From positions 7,122-71,121 of the forward strand of contig CAAEUE010000003.1 in the NCBI GenBank assembly GCA_900759015.1: DNA of 64,000 nt. The letters are read 5' to 3'. The stretch's first letter is position 1; every line of letters begins with the position of its first letter. The stretch is from Clostridia bacterium. Lineage in GTDB: Bacteria; Bacillota; Clostridia; TANB77; CAG-508. A program made the position numbers and the translations under genes. Below are positions 47,905 to 57,230 of this stretch, in pieces. The notes under the pieces are model-generated. The model saw nothing but the letters and a program-made list of their open reading frames with translations. It was not told where the DNA came from and made no database searches.

Positions 47905-48633
47905 GTGGAAGGCGAAACAAATAGCGATAAAAAAACAATATTAATTGTGGATGATGAACAGCCAATAATTGATATGCTAGTATATAATTTGGAAAAAGAA
48001 GGATATAACACATTAGAAGCGACAGATGGGGAAAAAGCTGTAGATATAGCTTTAAATAACACACCTGACTTAATATTATTAGATATTATGATTCCTAAAA
48101 TGGACGGATTATCTGTTTGCAAAAGAATAAGACATACTCTAAATGTTCCAATTATAATGCTAAGTGCAAAAGGTGAAGAAATAGATAAAATATTAGGATT
48201 AGAATTAGGAGCAGATGATTATATTACAAAGCCTTTTAGCATAAGAGAGCTAATGGCAAGAATAAAAGCTAACTTAAGAAAAGGTAAAGGTAGCTATGAA
48301 GATGGCAAAATAGAAGCAAACACTAATAAAATAATTGTAGGAGACTTACAATTAGATGTAGATAAATTCGAAACAAGAGTTAAAAATAAAGTTATAGATT
48401 TAACATTAAGAGAATTTGAAGTATTAAAATATTTAGCAAATCAATTAGGACAGGTTGTAACAAGAGAGACTTTATTAGAAAAAGTATGGGGATATGAATA
48501 TTTTGGAGATATTAGAACAGTAGATGTAACTGTAAGAAGAATAAGAGAGAAGATAGAAGAAGATACATCAAATCCAAAAATATTAATAACTAAAAGAGGA
48601 GTAGGTTATTATATAGCTACAGGTGATAAGTAA
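47905..48633 (+). CDS. OmpR-family response regulator (WalR/YycF-like); GTG start
   Basis: REC domain (ILIVDDE...LDIMIPKMDG) plus winged-helix output domain; AAGGTGG RBS. Confidence 0.7.
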   Translation: MEGETNSDKKTILIVDDEQPIIDMLVYNLEKEGYNTLEATDGEKAVDIALNNTPDLILLDIMIPKMDGLSVCKRIRHTLNVPIIMLSAKGEEIDKILGLELGADDYITKPFSIRELMARIKANLRKGKGSYEDGKIEANTNKIIVGDLQLDVDKFETRVKNKVIDLTLREFEVLKYLANQLGQVVTRETLLEKVWGYEYFGDIRTVDVTVRRIREKIEEDTSNPKILITKRGVGYYIATGDK

Positions 48634-48876
48634 AAATAAAATAAACCCAAAATTAACTGAGGGTTAGTTGCAATAATTACAAATGAGTAAACAAAAAATC
48701 GTCGGTCAAAATATACAAGTATGTAGTCTATTTTAACTGGCGATTTTATTAGTATAATAAGAAATTTAGTAATCTGCACATAATTAATTAGCAAGAAATA
48801 CAGAAAATGTAGGCTGATTTGTTAGTTTTTATAAAAATATGAAATAACTTAAAAGTAGTGTGGCGAGGAGTAATAA

Positions 48877-50379
48877 ATGATAAAGAATATACAATTAAAA
48901 ATAGTATTAATATTTTTTATATTAGGAATGTTGATAATTATAGGTTTAGGCTTCTTTTTTACAAATTCATTGGAAGCTATAAATACAGCTATTAATACTG
49001 CAGAAATTACAGATGTAATAGTAGAAGAAGTTAATAATACTAAAATAATATCTATAATATCTTTAGTTTTATTAGGAATTATCAGTATTATTGTTGGAAT
49101 TTTCTTATCTAAAACTGTAGTTAAGCCAATAGATAAATTAATAAAAAATGCAGAAAAATTAACCTCAAAAGAAAAAACAGAACATGTAAAAAATAAAAAT
49201 GAAATAGACAATTTAGCGGATACTTTTGATGAAATGACAACAAAATTACAAGCTAATTTATCAGAAATTTCTACACAAAAAAAGCAAATGGAAACAATTC
49301 TTTTACATATGAGTGATGGTATAATTGCATTTAATATTAAAGGAAAAGTTATACTAATAAATCCAGCAGCTACAAGGGCATTGTGCATAATGGATGAAGA
49401 TGCAGATTTTGAAACAATATTTAAAAATGTTAATATAGATATAAATATGGAAAAAATAATTTATCTAGAAGATTGGACATCATCAGAGCAAAAAGTAAAA
49501 GTAAAAGATAGATATCTAAATTTAGCTTTTGAAATATTAAAAGATGATCAAGACAGACCATCAGGAGTAATGGTTCTTATACAAGATATAACAGAACATG
49601 TAAAATTAGATAATATGAGAAAAGAATTTGTAGCTGATGTGTCACATGAGCTAAAAACACCAATAACTTCAATAATGGGCTATGCAGATACTTTATTAGA
49701 AACAGAGCATGATAAAGCAATAGAAACTAAATTTTTAGGAGTAATATCTTCAGAAGCAAAAAGAATGTCAAAATTGGTTACAGATTTATTATCACTTTCT
49801 AGATTTGATAGTAATAAGGTAAATATAGTAAAAGAGGAGTTTGATTTAGGTGAACTTGCTAAAAAATGCCAAGAAAAGCTTCAAATAGAAATAGATAAAA
49901 AGCATTTACAAGTACATTGTTTAGTTACTGCAAATGTACCACCTGTATATGCTGAAAAAGATGGAATAGAAAGGGTAATTATAAACATATTATCAAATAG
50001 TATTAAATATACAAATGAAAATGGAACAATTAATATTTATGTAGGTTTTGTATATAATGATGCATATATAAAATTTATAGATACAGGAATAGGTATTCCA
50101 GAAGAAGATTTAGAGAGAATATTTGAAAGATTTTATAGAGTAGATAAAGCAAGAACTAGAGAAATGGGAGGAACAGGTTTAGGTCTTTCTATTGCAAAAG
50201 AAATTTTAGATAGAAATAATGGAACAATAGATATAAAAAGTAAGCTTAATGAAGGAACAGAAGTTGTAATAAGAATACCTACAAAAACAAACAATAAATT
50301 TATCCTAAAGGAGGAAGAAAATTCAAATGATGAAAAAGCTAGACAACAATCAAATATCCAGGAGCAAGAAAATAATTAA
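48877..50379 (+). CDS. sensor histidine kinase (TM-HAMP-PAS-HisKA-HATPase; WalK/VicK-like)
   Basis: H-box EFVADVSHELKTPITSI and G-box GGTGLGLSIAKEI. Confidence 0.7.
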   Translation: MIKNIQLKIVLIFFILGMLIIIGLGFFFTNSLEAINTAINTAEITDVIVEEVNNTKIISIISLVLLGIISIIVGIFLSKTVVKPIDKLIKNAEKLTSKEKTEHVKNKNEIDNLADTFDEMTTKLQANLSEISTQKKQMETILLHMSDGIIAFNIKGKVILINPAATRALCIMDEDADFETIFKNVNIDINMEKIIYLEDWTSSEQKVKVKDRYLNLAFEILKDDQDRPSGVMVLIQDITEHVKLDNMRKEFVADVSHELKTPITSIMGYADTLLETEHDKAIETKFLGVISSEAKRMSKLVTDLLSLSRFDSNKVNIVKEEFDLGELAKKCQEKLQIEIDKKHLQVHCLVTANVPPVYAEKDGIERVIINILSNSIKYTNENGTINIYVGFVYNDAYIKFIDTGIGIPEEDLERIFERFYRVDKARTREMGGTGLGLSIAKEILDRNNGTIDIKSKLNEGTEVVIRIPTKTNNKFILKEEENSNDEKARQQSNIQEQENN

Positions 50380-51004
50380 AGAAATTGTTGGCTGGATTAT
50401 TTGTATAGTAATTGCAGTTATATTAGCTTTATTAATAAAATATTTTGTATTAACTCCAACAGTTGTAAAACAAGAATCGATGTATCCAACTTTAGAGGAG
50501 AATCAAAGACTAATTTTAAGTAGACTTGGTAGAACATTTAAACAATTACCTAAAAGAGGTGATATAATAACATTTGAGGCACCAACAGTTACGTATAGAA
50601 CAGAAGAGGATACAGATATCTCTAATCCAGTAGCAATTTATGAAGAAGAAGACAGAAATATTTTGGAGAATTTTAGCTATAATGTTTTAGAAATTGGTAA
50701 GACAAGTTATATTAAAAGAGTTATAGGATTACCAGGAGATCATGTTCAAATAAAAAATAGTAAAGTATATATAAATGATGAAGAGCTAAAAGAAGATTAT
50801 TTACAGTCTGGAATTGTTACAGATGATGCAGAGGGAATATTTTCAGATATTATAGTTCCAGAAAATACAGTCTTTGCAATGGGAGATAATAGAAATTCAA
50901 GTGTTGATTGTAGAGCTTTTGGTTGTATTCCATTAGAAAGAATAGAAGGAAAAGTTTTAATTAGATTCTGGCCATTAAATGAATTTGGAAAAGTGAGAAA
51001 ATAG
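50327..51004 (+). CDS. lepB: signal peptidase I
   Basis: SMYPTL Ser motif and GDNRNSSVDCRAFG box. Confidence 0.75.
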   Translation: MMKKLDNNQISRSKKIIKEIVGWIICIVIAVILALLIKYFVLTPTVVKQESMYPTLEENQRLILSRLGRTFKQLPKRGDIITFEAPTVTYRTEEDTDISNPVAIYEEEDRNILENFSYNVLEIGKTSYIKRVIGLPGDHVQIKNSKVYINDEELKEDYLQSGIVTDDAEGIFSDIIVPENTVFAMGDNRNSSVDCRAFGCIPLERIEGKVLIRFWPLNEFGKVRK

Positions 51005-51009
51005 GAGGA

Positions 51010-51942
51010 ATGGACTTGTTCGAAAATATTACAGGTCATGAAAATATTAAAAATATATTAGAAAATAACATAAATACAAAAAATATATTGCATAGCTATC
51101 TATTTATAGGAGAAGAAGGAATTGGCAAAAAGATGTTAGCAAAAGAATTTTCTAAAGCGATTTTATGTACATCTGAAAATAGTAAGCCATGTGAGATTTG
51201 TAAGTCATGTGTAGAATTTAATTCAAATAATAATGTAAATTTTAATTTAATAAATGAAGAAAGCACAGCAATTAAAATTGATCAAATAAGAAATATGCAA
51301 GTTAAAATTGCAGAAAAACCAATAAATTCAGACTATAAAGTTTATTTAATAAATGATGTAGAACTTATGACAGTTGAGGCACAAAATTGTTTGTTAAAAA
51401 CATTAGAAGAACCACCAGAGTATATCGTAATAATACTTATAACATCTAATGAAAACAAAGTTCTAAATACTATAAAATCAAGATGTATGAAATTATATTT
51501 TAATAATTTAACTAATAATGATATTGCAAAAGTATTAAAAGAACAATTTGGTATGAATGATATAAATGATTCTTTTTTAGATGCTGCAAGTGGTAGCATA
51601 AAAAAAGCATTATTAATAAAAGAAAAATCTTCAGAATACGAGCAAATAAATAAATTATTTGATATAATAGATAAAGAAAATCTAGTAAATTTTATAAACT
51701 CAGCAAGTATTATATATGAAAATAAAGATGATATTTATAATATATTAGATTATATAAATATATTATTGGATATAAAAATGAGGTCAAATTCCAATAATTC
51801 TTTTAAATTTGCAAATTGTATTTTTACGGTAGAAGAAGTTAAAAAAAGATTAAGAGCAAATAGTAATTATGATATGTCTATAGACTATCTATTAATGAAT
51901 ATGTGGAAGGAGATTAATAGTGAAAGAAGTAGTAGGTATTAA
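51010..51942 (+). CDS. holB: DNA polymerase III delta' subunit
   Basis: AAA+ clamp-loader fold with zinc module CEICKSC and conserved holB-yaaT synteny. Confidence 0.7.
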   Translation: MDLFENITGHENIKNILENNINTKNILHSYLFIGEEGIGKKMLAKEFSKAILCTSENSKPCEICKSCVEFNSNNNVNFNLINEESTAIKIDQIRNMQVKIAEKPINSDYKVYLINDVELMTVEAQNCLLKTLEEPPEYIVIILITSNENKVLNTIKSRCMKLYFNNLTNNDIAKVLKEQFGMNDINDSFLDAASGSIKKALLIKEKSSEYEQINKLFDIIDKENLVNFINSASIIYENKDDIYNILDYINILLDIKMRSNSNNSFKFANCIFTVEEVKKRLRANSNYDMSIDYLLMNMWKEINSERSSRY

Positions 51943-52834
51943 ATTTAAAAAGCCAGGTAAAATATATTTTTTTGACCCAGCAGGATTAAAATTAAATTTG
52001 CAAGATATGGTTATAGCTGATACTGCAAATGGTGAAGAATTTGCTAAAATAGCTATGGCAAATAAATTAATGCCTGATGAGAAAATAGTAGAACCTTTAA
52101 GAAAAGTAATAAGATTGGCTAATAAAAAAGACATAAGGCAAAATGAAGAAAATAAAGAAAAAGAGAAAGAAGCTTTTAAGATAGCATTAGATAAAATAGC
52201 AAAGCATAAATTACCAATGAAGCTTATAGATGTAGAATATAAATTTGATAGATCAAAAATATTATTCTATTTTACAGCAGATGGTAGAATAGATTTCAGG
52301 GAATTGGTAAAAGATTTGGCAGCTATTTTTAAAACTAGAATAGAGCTTAGACAAATAGGGGTTAGAGACGAAGTTAGAAGAATGGGTGGAAACGGAGTTT
52401 GCGGAAGAGAATTATGTTGTTGTAGTTTTTTAAACAACTTTGATGCAGTTTCTATAAAAATGGCTAAAGAACAAAACATGTCACTAAACCCATCTAAAAT
52501 ATCTGGAGTATGTGGTAGACTAATGTGCTGTTTAAAATATGAACAAGAAGCTTACGAGGAAAAATTAGAAAGATTACCAAAAGTAGGCTCAATTGTAGAA
52601 ACAGTAGATGGAGAAGGAACAGTAGATAGTGTAGAAATATTAAAAGAAAATGTAAGAGTAAAATTTGAAGATGATGATGGATATCATTATAAGAAATATA
52701 AAGCAGAAGAAGTCAAATTAATAAGAGCAAGTGAAACAGAAGAAATCGATCCAGAAGAAAAGGAAAACAAAAAAGAACTAGAAGAACTTGAAAATTTAGC
52801 AAAAAATGATATATTAGTAGATGATGATATGTAA
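51920..52834 (+). CDS. ricT: PSP1-domain protein YaaT/RicT
   Basis: PSP1 C-terminal domain with the Cys cluster GVCGRELCCCSF...CGRLMCCLKYE. Confidence 0.75.
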   Translation: MKEVVGIKFKKPGKIYFFDPAGLKLNLQDMVIADTANGEEFAKIAMANKLMPDEKIVEPLRKVIRLANKKDIRQNEENKEKEKEAFKIALDKIAKHKLPMKLIDVEYKFDRSKILFYFTADGRIDFRELVKDLAAIFKTRIELRQIGVRDEVRRMGGNGVCGRELCCCSFLNNFDAVSIKMAKEQNMSLNPSKISGVCGRLMCCLKYEQEAYEEKLERLPKVGSIVETVDGEGTVDSVEILKENVRVKFEDDDGYHYKKYKAEEVKLIRASETEEIDPEEKENKKELEELENLAKNDILVDDDM

Positions 52835-52926
52835 TAAATGATATTATATAACATATAATGAACTAATATATTATAGCAAAAAAATAGAAGTAGCAAAATT
52901 GGTAGAAGGAAATATAGTACTGAAAG

Positions 52927-53109
52927 GTGGTGAAAAATATGGCATATAAAATAACAGATAAATGTATAAGTTGTGGAGCTTGTGCAGCAGAATGTCCAGT
53001 AGGATGCATTTCACAAGGAGATGATAAATTCGTAATAGATCCAGAAGCATGTATATCTTGTGGTACATGTGCGGGAGTTTGTCCTGTTGAAGCTCCAGAG
53101 GAAGCATAA
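52927..53109 (+). CDS. 2x[4Fe-4S] ferredoxin
   Basis: Two CxxCxxCxxxCP motifs in 60 aa. Confidence 0.8.
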   Translation: MVKNMAYKITDKCISCGACAAECPVGCISQGDDKFVIDPEACISCGTCAGVCPVEAPEEA

Positions 53110-53135
53110 AAATATAATATACATATTATTGGATA

Positions 53136-53162
53136 GGGATTTGGGGACGTTCTTTAAATCCC
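53136..53162 (+). repeat. REP copy (left flank of the RAYT gene): GGGATTTGGGGACGTTCTTTAAATCCC
   Basis: Exact reverse complement of the copy at 54140-54166. Confidence 0.85.
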
Positions 53163-53327
53163 TAAATTATTTTAAAGAATGTCCTATATATAATTAAGTA
53201 TTTTTATATCTTTAGAATTTTTATAATCATTTTTTTCCTATAATTAAAAATTAATTTTTTTTATTATTATCTAATTTATTATTAATTCCAAAATTATATC
53301 CAAATTAGTAAAATAAAAGGAGGGCTG

Positions 53328-54110
53328 ATGTCTAGAATTGCTAGAAAAAATATAGTATCTAAATTTGTACATATTGTTGCAAAAGGTATAAAGAGTGAAT
53401 TTATTTTTTATAAACAAGAATACAAAGAAAAGTATATTTTTTTGTTAAAAAAATGTATTAAAGAGTTAGAGGGGATAGATTTAATAGCATATTGTGTTAT
53501 GGATAATCATGTACATTTATTGATACATATCGAGGAAATAAATAAAGCTGAAACACTTATGCGAAAAATAAATACAGCATATGCTATATTTTATAACTTA
53601 CAAGAAGAGAGATCTGGATATGTTTTTTTCAATAGATATCATTCTGAAATAATAGAAAATGGTATTCATTTGCTTTCTTGTATAAAATATATTCATGAAA
53701 ATCCGGTGAAAGCAGGAATAGTAGAAAGAGGTCGTTTTTATCAGTATTCTTCATGTAAAGCTTTTATAGAGGAAGAGAGGAGTAATGATATTTTATGTTC
53801 GATTTTTGGAAATAATTTTAAATATGAATCTAATGAGATAGATGAAAGAATTGAATATCATTTTATTGATGAAGATGAGAGATTGGAAAAAATTGAAAGA
53901 CAAAGTGTAGAAATAATTATCAAAGAATTTTGTAATAAGTATAATACATCTATAACTGAAATTAGAAAATCTAATAGCTTAATAATAGAGTTCAAAAATT
54001 ATTTAAAGGTAAAATATAAAATAAGTAATAAAAATATTTGTGCTATGTTAGGAATAGGTAAAAATAGAATTTCGATAATTGAGAAAAAAGCTAAAAAAAT
54101 AAATAGATAA
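53328..54110 (+). CDS. REP-associated tyrosine transposase (RAYT, IS200-like Y1 HuH) with C-terminal DnaA-domain-IV-like HTH
   Basis: HuH motif DNHVHLLIH; Tyr motif YIHENPVKAG; C-terminal ICAMLGIGKNRISIIEKKAKK resembles the DnaA C-terminal HTH. Confidence 0.7.
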   Translation: MSRIARKNIVSKFVHIVAKGIKSEFIFYKQEYKEKYIFLLKKCIKELEGIDLIAYCVMDNHVHLLIHIEEINKAETLMRKINTAYAIFYNLQEERSGYVFFNRYHSEIIENGIHLLSCIKYIHENPVKAGIVERGRFYQYSSCKAFIEEERSNDILCSIFGNNFKYESNEIDERIEYHFIDEDERLEKIERQSVEIIIKEFCNKYNTSITEIRKSNSLIIEFKNYLKVKYKISNKNICAMLGIGKNRISIIEKKAKKINR

Positions 54111-54139
54111 GGATTTATAATAAAAAAAGTAGTGAAAGT

Positions 54140-54166
54140 GGGATTTAAAGAACGTCCCCAAATCCC
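54140..54166 (-). repeat. REP copy (right flank of RAYT): GGGATTTAAAGAACGTCCCCAAATCCC
   Basis: Perfect inverted partner of 53136-53162. Confidence 0.85.
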
Positions 54167-54182
54167 TAAAGGAGATATACAA

Positions 54183-54506
54183 ATGAAAATAACTTGGCTA
54201 ACTAGAAGGAAAAGTTTCGAAGAAATTAAGCCAAATAGAAAGGTAAGATATGAACAGATATTAGAAAGTTTGTGCTTAGGAAATAAAACAGCTAAAGAAA
54301 TTGCTGTTGAACTGTATAAACAAAAATTAACCAATACTGATGAACGTAATACAACAGCACCAAGATTAACAGAATTGGAAAAAATGGGTTTTGTAGAAGC
54401 AACTGCGAAAAAAACATGTAAATATACAGGAAAAACAGTTACAGTTTATAAAATAACAAGATTAGGATTTAAAATTATAGATAATAATATAAATAGAAAG
54501 AGTTAA
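54183..54506 (+). CDS. small winged-helix-like DNA-binding protein (107 aa) lying between two same-orientation REPs
   Basis: AAAGGAG RBS; wHTH-like ILESLCLGNKTAKEIAVEL...RLTELEKMGFVE...VTVYKIT. Confidence 0.4.
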   Translation: MKITWLTRRKSFEEIKPNRKVRYEQILESLCLGNKTAKEIAVELYKQKLTNTDERNTTAPRLTELEKMGFVEATAKKTCKYTGKTVTVYKITRLGFKIIDNNINRKS

Positions 54507-54586
54507 GATAAAGAAATCTTAACTCTTAAAAATTTAAGTTATAAAAGAAAAAATATCATAGATTTGTAACTTAAGTATATTGAAAA

Positions 54587-54619
54587 AGAGGGAAAAAAGG
54601 AACGTCCCCAAATCCCTCT
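54587..54619 (-). repeat. REP variant (AGAGGG-AAAAAAGGAACGTCCCCAAATCCCTCT)
   Basis: Right half identical to the consensus; left arm replaced, giving an extended AGAGGG/CCCTCT stem. Confidence 0.6.
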
Positions 54620-54628
54620 TTCACTATT

Positions 54629-55582
54629 TTATTCTTTATTTGTCATTTCTTCTAATTGTAGCAATTCATTCCATCTCTTATCAACTATTCTTTGGAATTC
54701 TTCTATCATCCACTCATTTCCTGGTTTAAACATATGTCTAAAACGTTTTTGTGGTTTTAAGAATTCTTCTACTGGAAGTTTTTTAGCAGGTTTATATGTT
54801 ATTTTATATTTACCATCTACAACTTCATATAATGGCCAATAACATGTATCTGCAGCTAATTTGTTAATTTGCATTAAGTCTTCTGTTGGGTATCCCCATC
54901 CTCTTGGGCAAGGAGCCATTACATTTAAGAATGTTGGTCCTTCTGTATATATGGCTTTTTCTGCTTTTTCATATAAATCTTTAAAATTAGTCATAGCAAG
55001 AGTTTGTGCAACATATGGTAAATGATGTGATACCATTATTTCTGTTAAGTCTTTTCTTTCTTGTGCTTTACCTGGGATAACTGTTCCAGCAGGTGAAGTT
55101 GTTGTATCTGCAAATTTTGGTGTTGCAGAAGAACGTTGAATACCTGTGTTCATATATGCACCATTATCGTAACATACATAAACCATATCATGACCTCTTT
55201 CCATAGCACCTGAAAGTGATTGTAAACCTATATCATAAGTTCCACCATCTCCACCAAATGCGATGAATTTTGTATGTGTATCTTCTTTTAATTTTCCTTG
55301 TTTCTTTAAAGATTTGTATGCAGCTTCAACACCAGATAGTGTACTTCCAGCATTTTCGAAAGCTGTATGAATAAATGAATCTGTCCAAGATGTATATGGG
55401 TATGTAAATGTAGAAACTTCCATACATCCAGTAGCTGTAGCAATTACAGCATGATCTTCTGGCTTTAATGCACGTAAAACCATTCTAGCAACTGGTGGAG
55501 CTCCACAACCTGCACACATTTTATGTCCTTCAGAAAATCTTGAAGGCTTATTTGCGACTACTTCTTTTAAATTATATGGCAT
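54629..55582 (-). CDS. porB: 2-oxoacid:ferredoxin oxidoreductase beta subunit (TPP-binding)
   Basis: TPP motif GDGG...YDIG and the CxxC pair. Confidence 0.8.
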   Translation of the reverse strand: MPYNLKEVVANKPSRFSEGHKMCAGCGAPPVARMVLRALKPEDHAVIATATGCMEVSTFTYPYTSWTDSFIHTAFENAGSTLSGVEAAYKSLKKQGKLKEDTHTKFIAFGGDGGTYDIGLQSLSGAMERGHDMVYVCYDNGAYMNTGIQRSSATPKFADTTTSPAGTVIPGKAQERKDLTEIMVSHHLPYVAQTLAMTNFKDLYEKAEKAIYTEGPTFLNVMAPCPRGWGYPTEDLMQINKLAADTCYWPLYEVVDGKYKITYKPAKKLPVEEFLKPQKRFRHMFKPGNEWMIEEFQRIVDKRWNELLQLEEMTNKE

Positions 55583-56778
55583 TATTTTTCAGCTCCTTTC
55601 GTTCTTAATCCTAAATGTCTATAAGGATTATCAATTTTTCCTGTTTCTACGATTTCTAATAAATCATTATAAACTTTTTCGATGTCATCAGATTTTGTAT
55701 CTCTACCACCAATTCCATAGATATAACTTACTGTAGGTACGTGGATATTATTTACATACATACCAGATGTAACATCTGTAAATAATGCACCACCTGCAGC
55801 ATTTAAAGAATCTGCTTTATCTAATACTGCAACTGCTTTTACATTTTCTAAAGCTTTTGCAATTTCCTCTGCAGGGAATGGTCTAAATACACGAACCTTT
55901 AATAATCCGGCTTTAACACCTTTACTACGTAAATCATCTACTACGAATTTTGCAGTTCCTGCTGTAGAGTTCATACAAACAATAGCAACATCTGCATCTT
56001 CTAATCTATATTCTTCGAATAAACCATATTTTCTACCTGTTAATTTTTCAAATTCTTCTGCTACTTCTAAAATAACTTTTTTAGCATTTTTCATAGCTTG
56101 TGATTGCTGAGCTTTATGTTCAAATAAGAAACCTTGTAAATCTAGAGGTCCCATAGAAATTGGCTCTTTACTATTTAATAAGTAATGTTCTGGTTTATAT
56201 GTACCAACAAATTCTTTTACTTTATCATCTTCTACTAAATCTATTGTTTCTATAGAATGTGATGTAATAAATCCATCTTGGCAAACCATTAATGGTAATA
56301 AAACATCTTTATGTTCTGCAATTCTATGAGCCATTAATAAGTTATCATATGCTTCTTGATTACTTTCTGAAAATAACATTATCCATCCAGCATCACGAAC
56401 ACCCATTGCATCAGAGTGATCATTGTGGATATTTAATGGTCCAGATACAGCACGATTTACAAGTGACATTACTATAGGTAAACGTAATGATGAAGCTATG
56501 TATATCATTTCCCACATGAAAGATAATCCGTTTGAAGATGTAGCTGTCATAGCTCTAGCACCTGCAGCTTCTGCACCAACACAGGCACTCATTGCACTAT
56601 GTTCACTTTCTACTGCAACGAATTCTGTATCAACAGCACCATTGCTAACAAAAGTAGAAAAATATTGTGGTATTTCTGTTGATGGTGTAATAGGGAAGGC
56701 AGCAACAACGTCTGGATTTATTTGCTTCATAGCTGTAGCTGCAGCTTCATTACCACTTAAACGTTCTCTAATACTCAT
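55582..56778 (-). CDS. porA: 2-oxoacid:ferredoxin oxidoreductase alpha subunit
   Basis: POR/KOR alpha family; ATG overlaps the upstream stop. Confidence 0.8.
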   Translation of the reverse strand: MSIRERLSGNEAAATAMKQINPDVVAAFPITPSTEIPQYFSTFVSNGAVDTEFVAVESEHSAMSACVGAEAAGARAMTATSSNGLSFMWEMIYIASSLRLPIVMSLVNRAVSGPLNIHNDHSDAMGVRDAGWIMLFSESNQEAYDNLLMAHRIAEHKDVLLPLMVCQDGFITSHSIETIDLVEDDKVKEFVGTYKPEHYLLNSKEPISMGPLDLQGFLFEHKAQQSQAMKNAKKVILEVAEEFEKLTGRKYGLFEEYRLEDADVAIVCMNSTAGTAKFVVDDLRSKGVKAGLLKVRVFRPFPAEEIAKALENVKAVAVLDKADSLNAAGGALFTDVTSGMYVNNIHVPTVSYIYGIGGRDTKSDDIEKVYNDLLEIVETGKIDNPYRHLGLRTKGAEK

Positions 56779-57083
56779 TATTCAATTCCCTCCTCTACCA
56801 TTGAGATTGCTTTGAAAGGACAAACTTTGGCACAAACGCCACATCCTTTACAATAATCATAATTAAAATCTGTTCTTTTCATATCTTTTCCAACTGGAAT
56901 AGCGTTTTCTGGGCAAACAGGGAAACATAAACCACATTGTTTACATTTTTCGCTATCAAATATAGGTTTCATGCTTCTCCAATCTCCAGTTTTAACTTCA
57001 CGAGAATTTCCAGCATTATATATTGTTCCTCCAATTGTCATATCTTCCATTGGAGTTGAGTTATTTATATTTGTCTTATCCAT
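56778..57083 (-). CDS. porD: 2-oxoacid:ferredoxin oxidoreductase delta subunit (2x[4Fe-4S])
   Basis: CKQCGLCFPVCP and CKGCGVCAKVCP. Confidence 0.75.
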   Translation of the reverse strand: MDKTNINNSTPMEDMTIGGTIYNAGNSREVKTGDWRSMKPIFDSEKCKQCGLCFPVCPENAIPVGKDMKRTDFNYDYCKGCGVCAKVCPFKAISMVEEGIE

Positions 57084-57177
57084 TTTTAAACTCCTTTCTC
57101 GATTTTTAACTTTGTATATGGTTATTAAATTTTAGTTTGATGAATTTATTTGACCATAACTACTTTAAAGTATTTTA

Positions 57178-57204
57178 GGGATTTTAGGACCGTCCCCGAA
57201 TCTC
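57178..57204 (-). repeat. degenerate REP copy inside the por operon (between gamma and delta genes): GGGATTTTAGGACCGTCCCCGAATCTC
   Basis: Same family; right arm mutated. Confidence 0.55.
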
Positions 57205-57230
57205 TATATGAATTCATATTTAAATTCATA

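Larger units (their letters stand above)
53136..54166 (+). mobile_element. REP-RAYT unit: Y1 transposase gene bracketed by perfectly inverted 27-bp REPs
   Basis: Inverted identical 27-mers lie 1004 bp apart and enclose a HuH/Tyr transposase ORF. The same 27-mer family is dispersed through the window. Confidence 0.6.

Noticed and set aside
50327-50379. 53-nt overlap between the histidine-kinase 3' end and the lepB start
   Set aside because: Considered a possible mis-called start, but the ATG at 50327 has a GGAGGAAG RBS and the N-terminal anchor begins right after it; the overlap is accepted as real.
53999-54334. Minus-strand 111-aa ORF spanning the RAYT 3' end and the REP
   Set aside because: It is antisense to two better-supported genes, contains the REP translation artefact (GIWGRSLNP), and has no RBS.
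1960-57204. Could the recurring 27-bp palindromes be a CRISPR array?
   Set aside because: The copies are separated by irregular distances of kilobases and occur in both orientations in intergenic regions. No cas genes are present, and there is no regular repeat-spacer periodicity.
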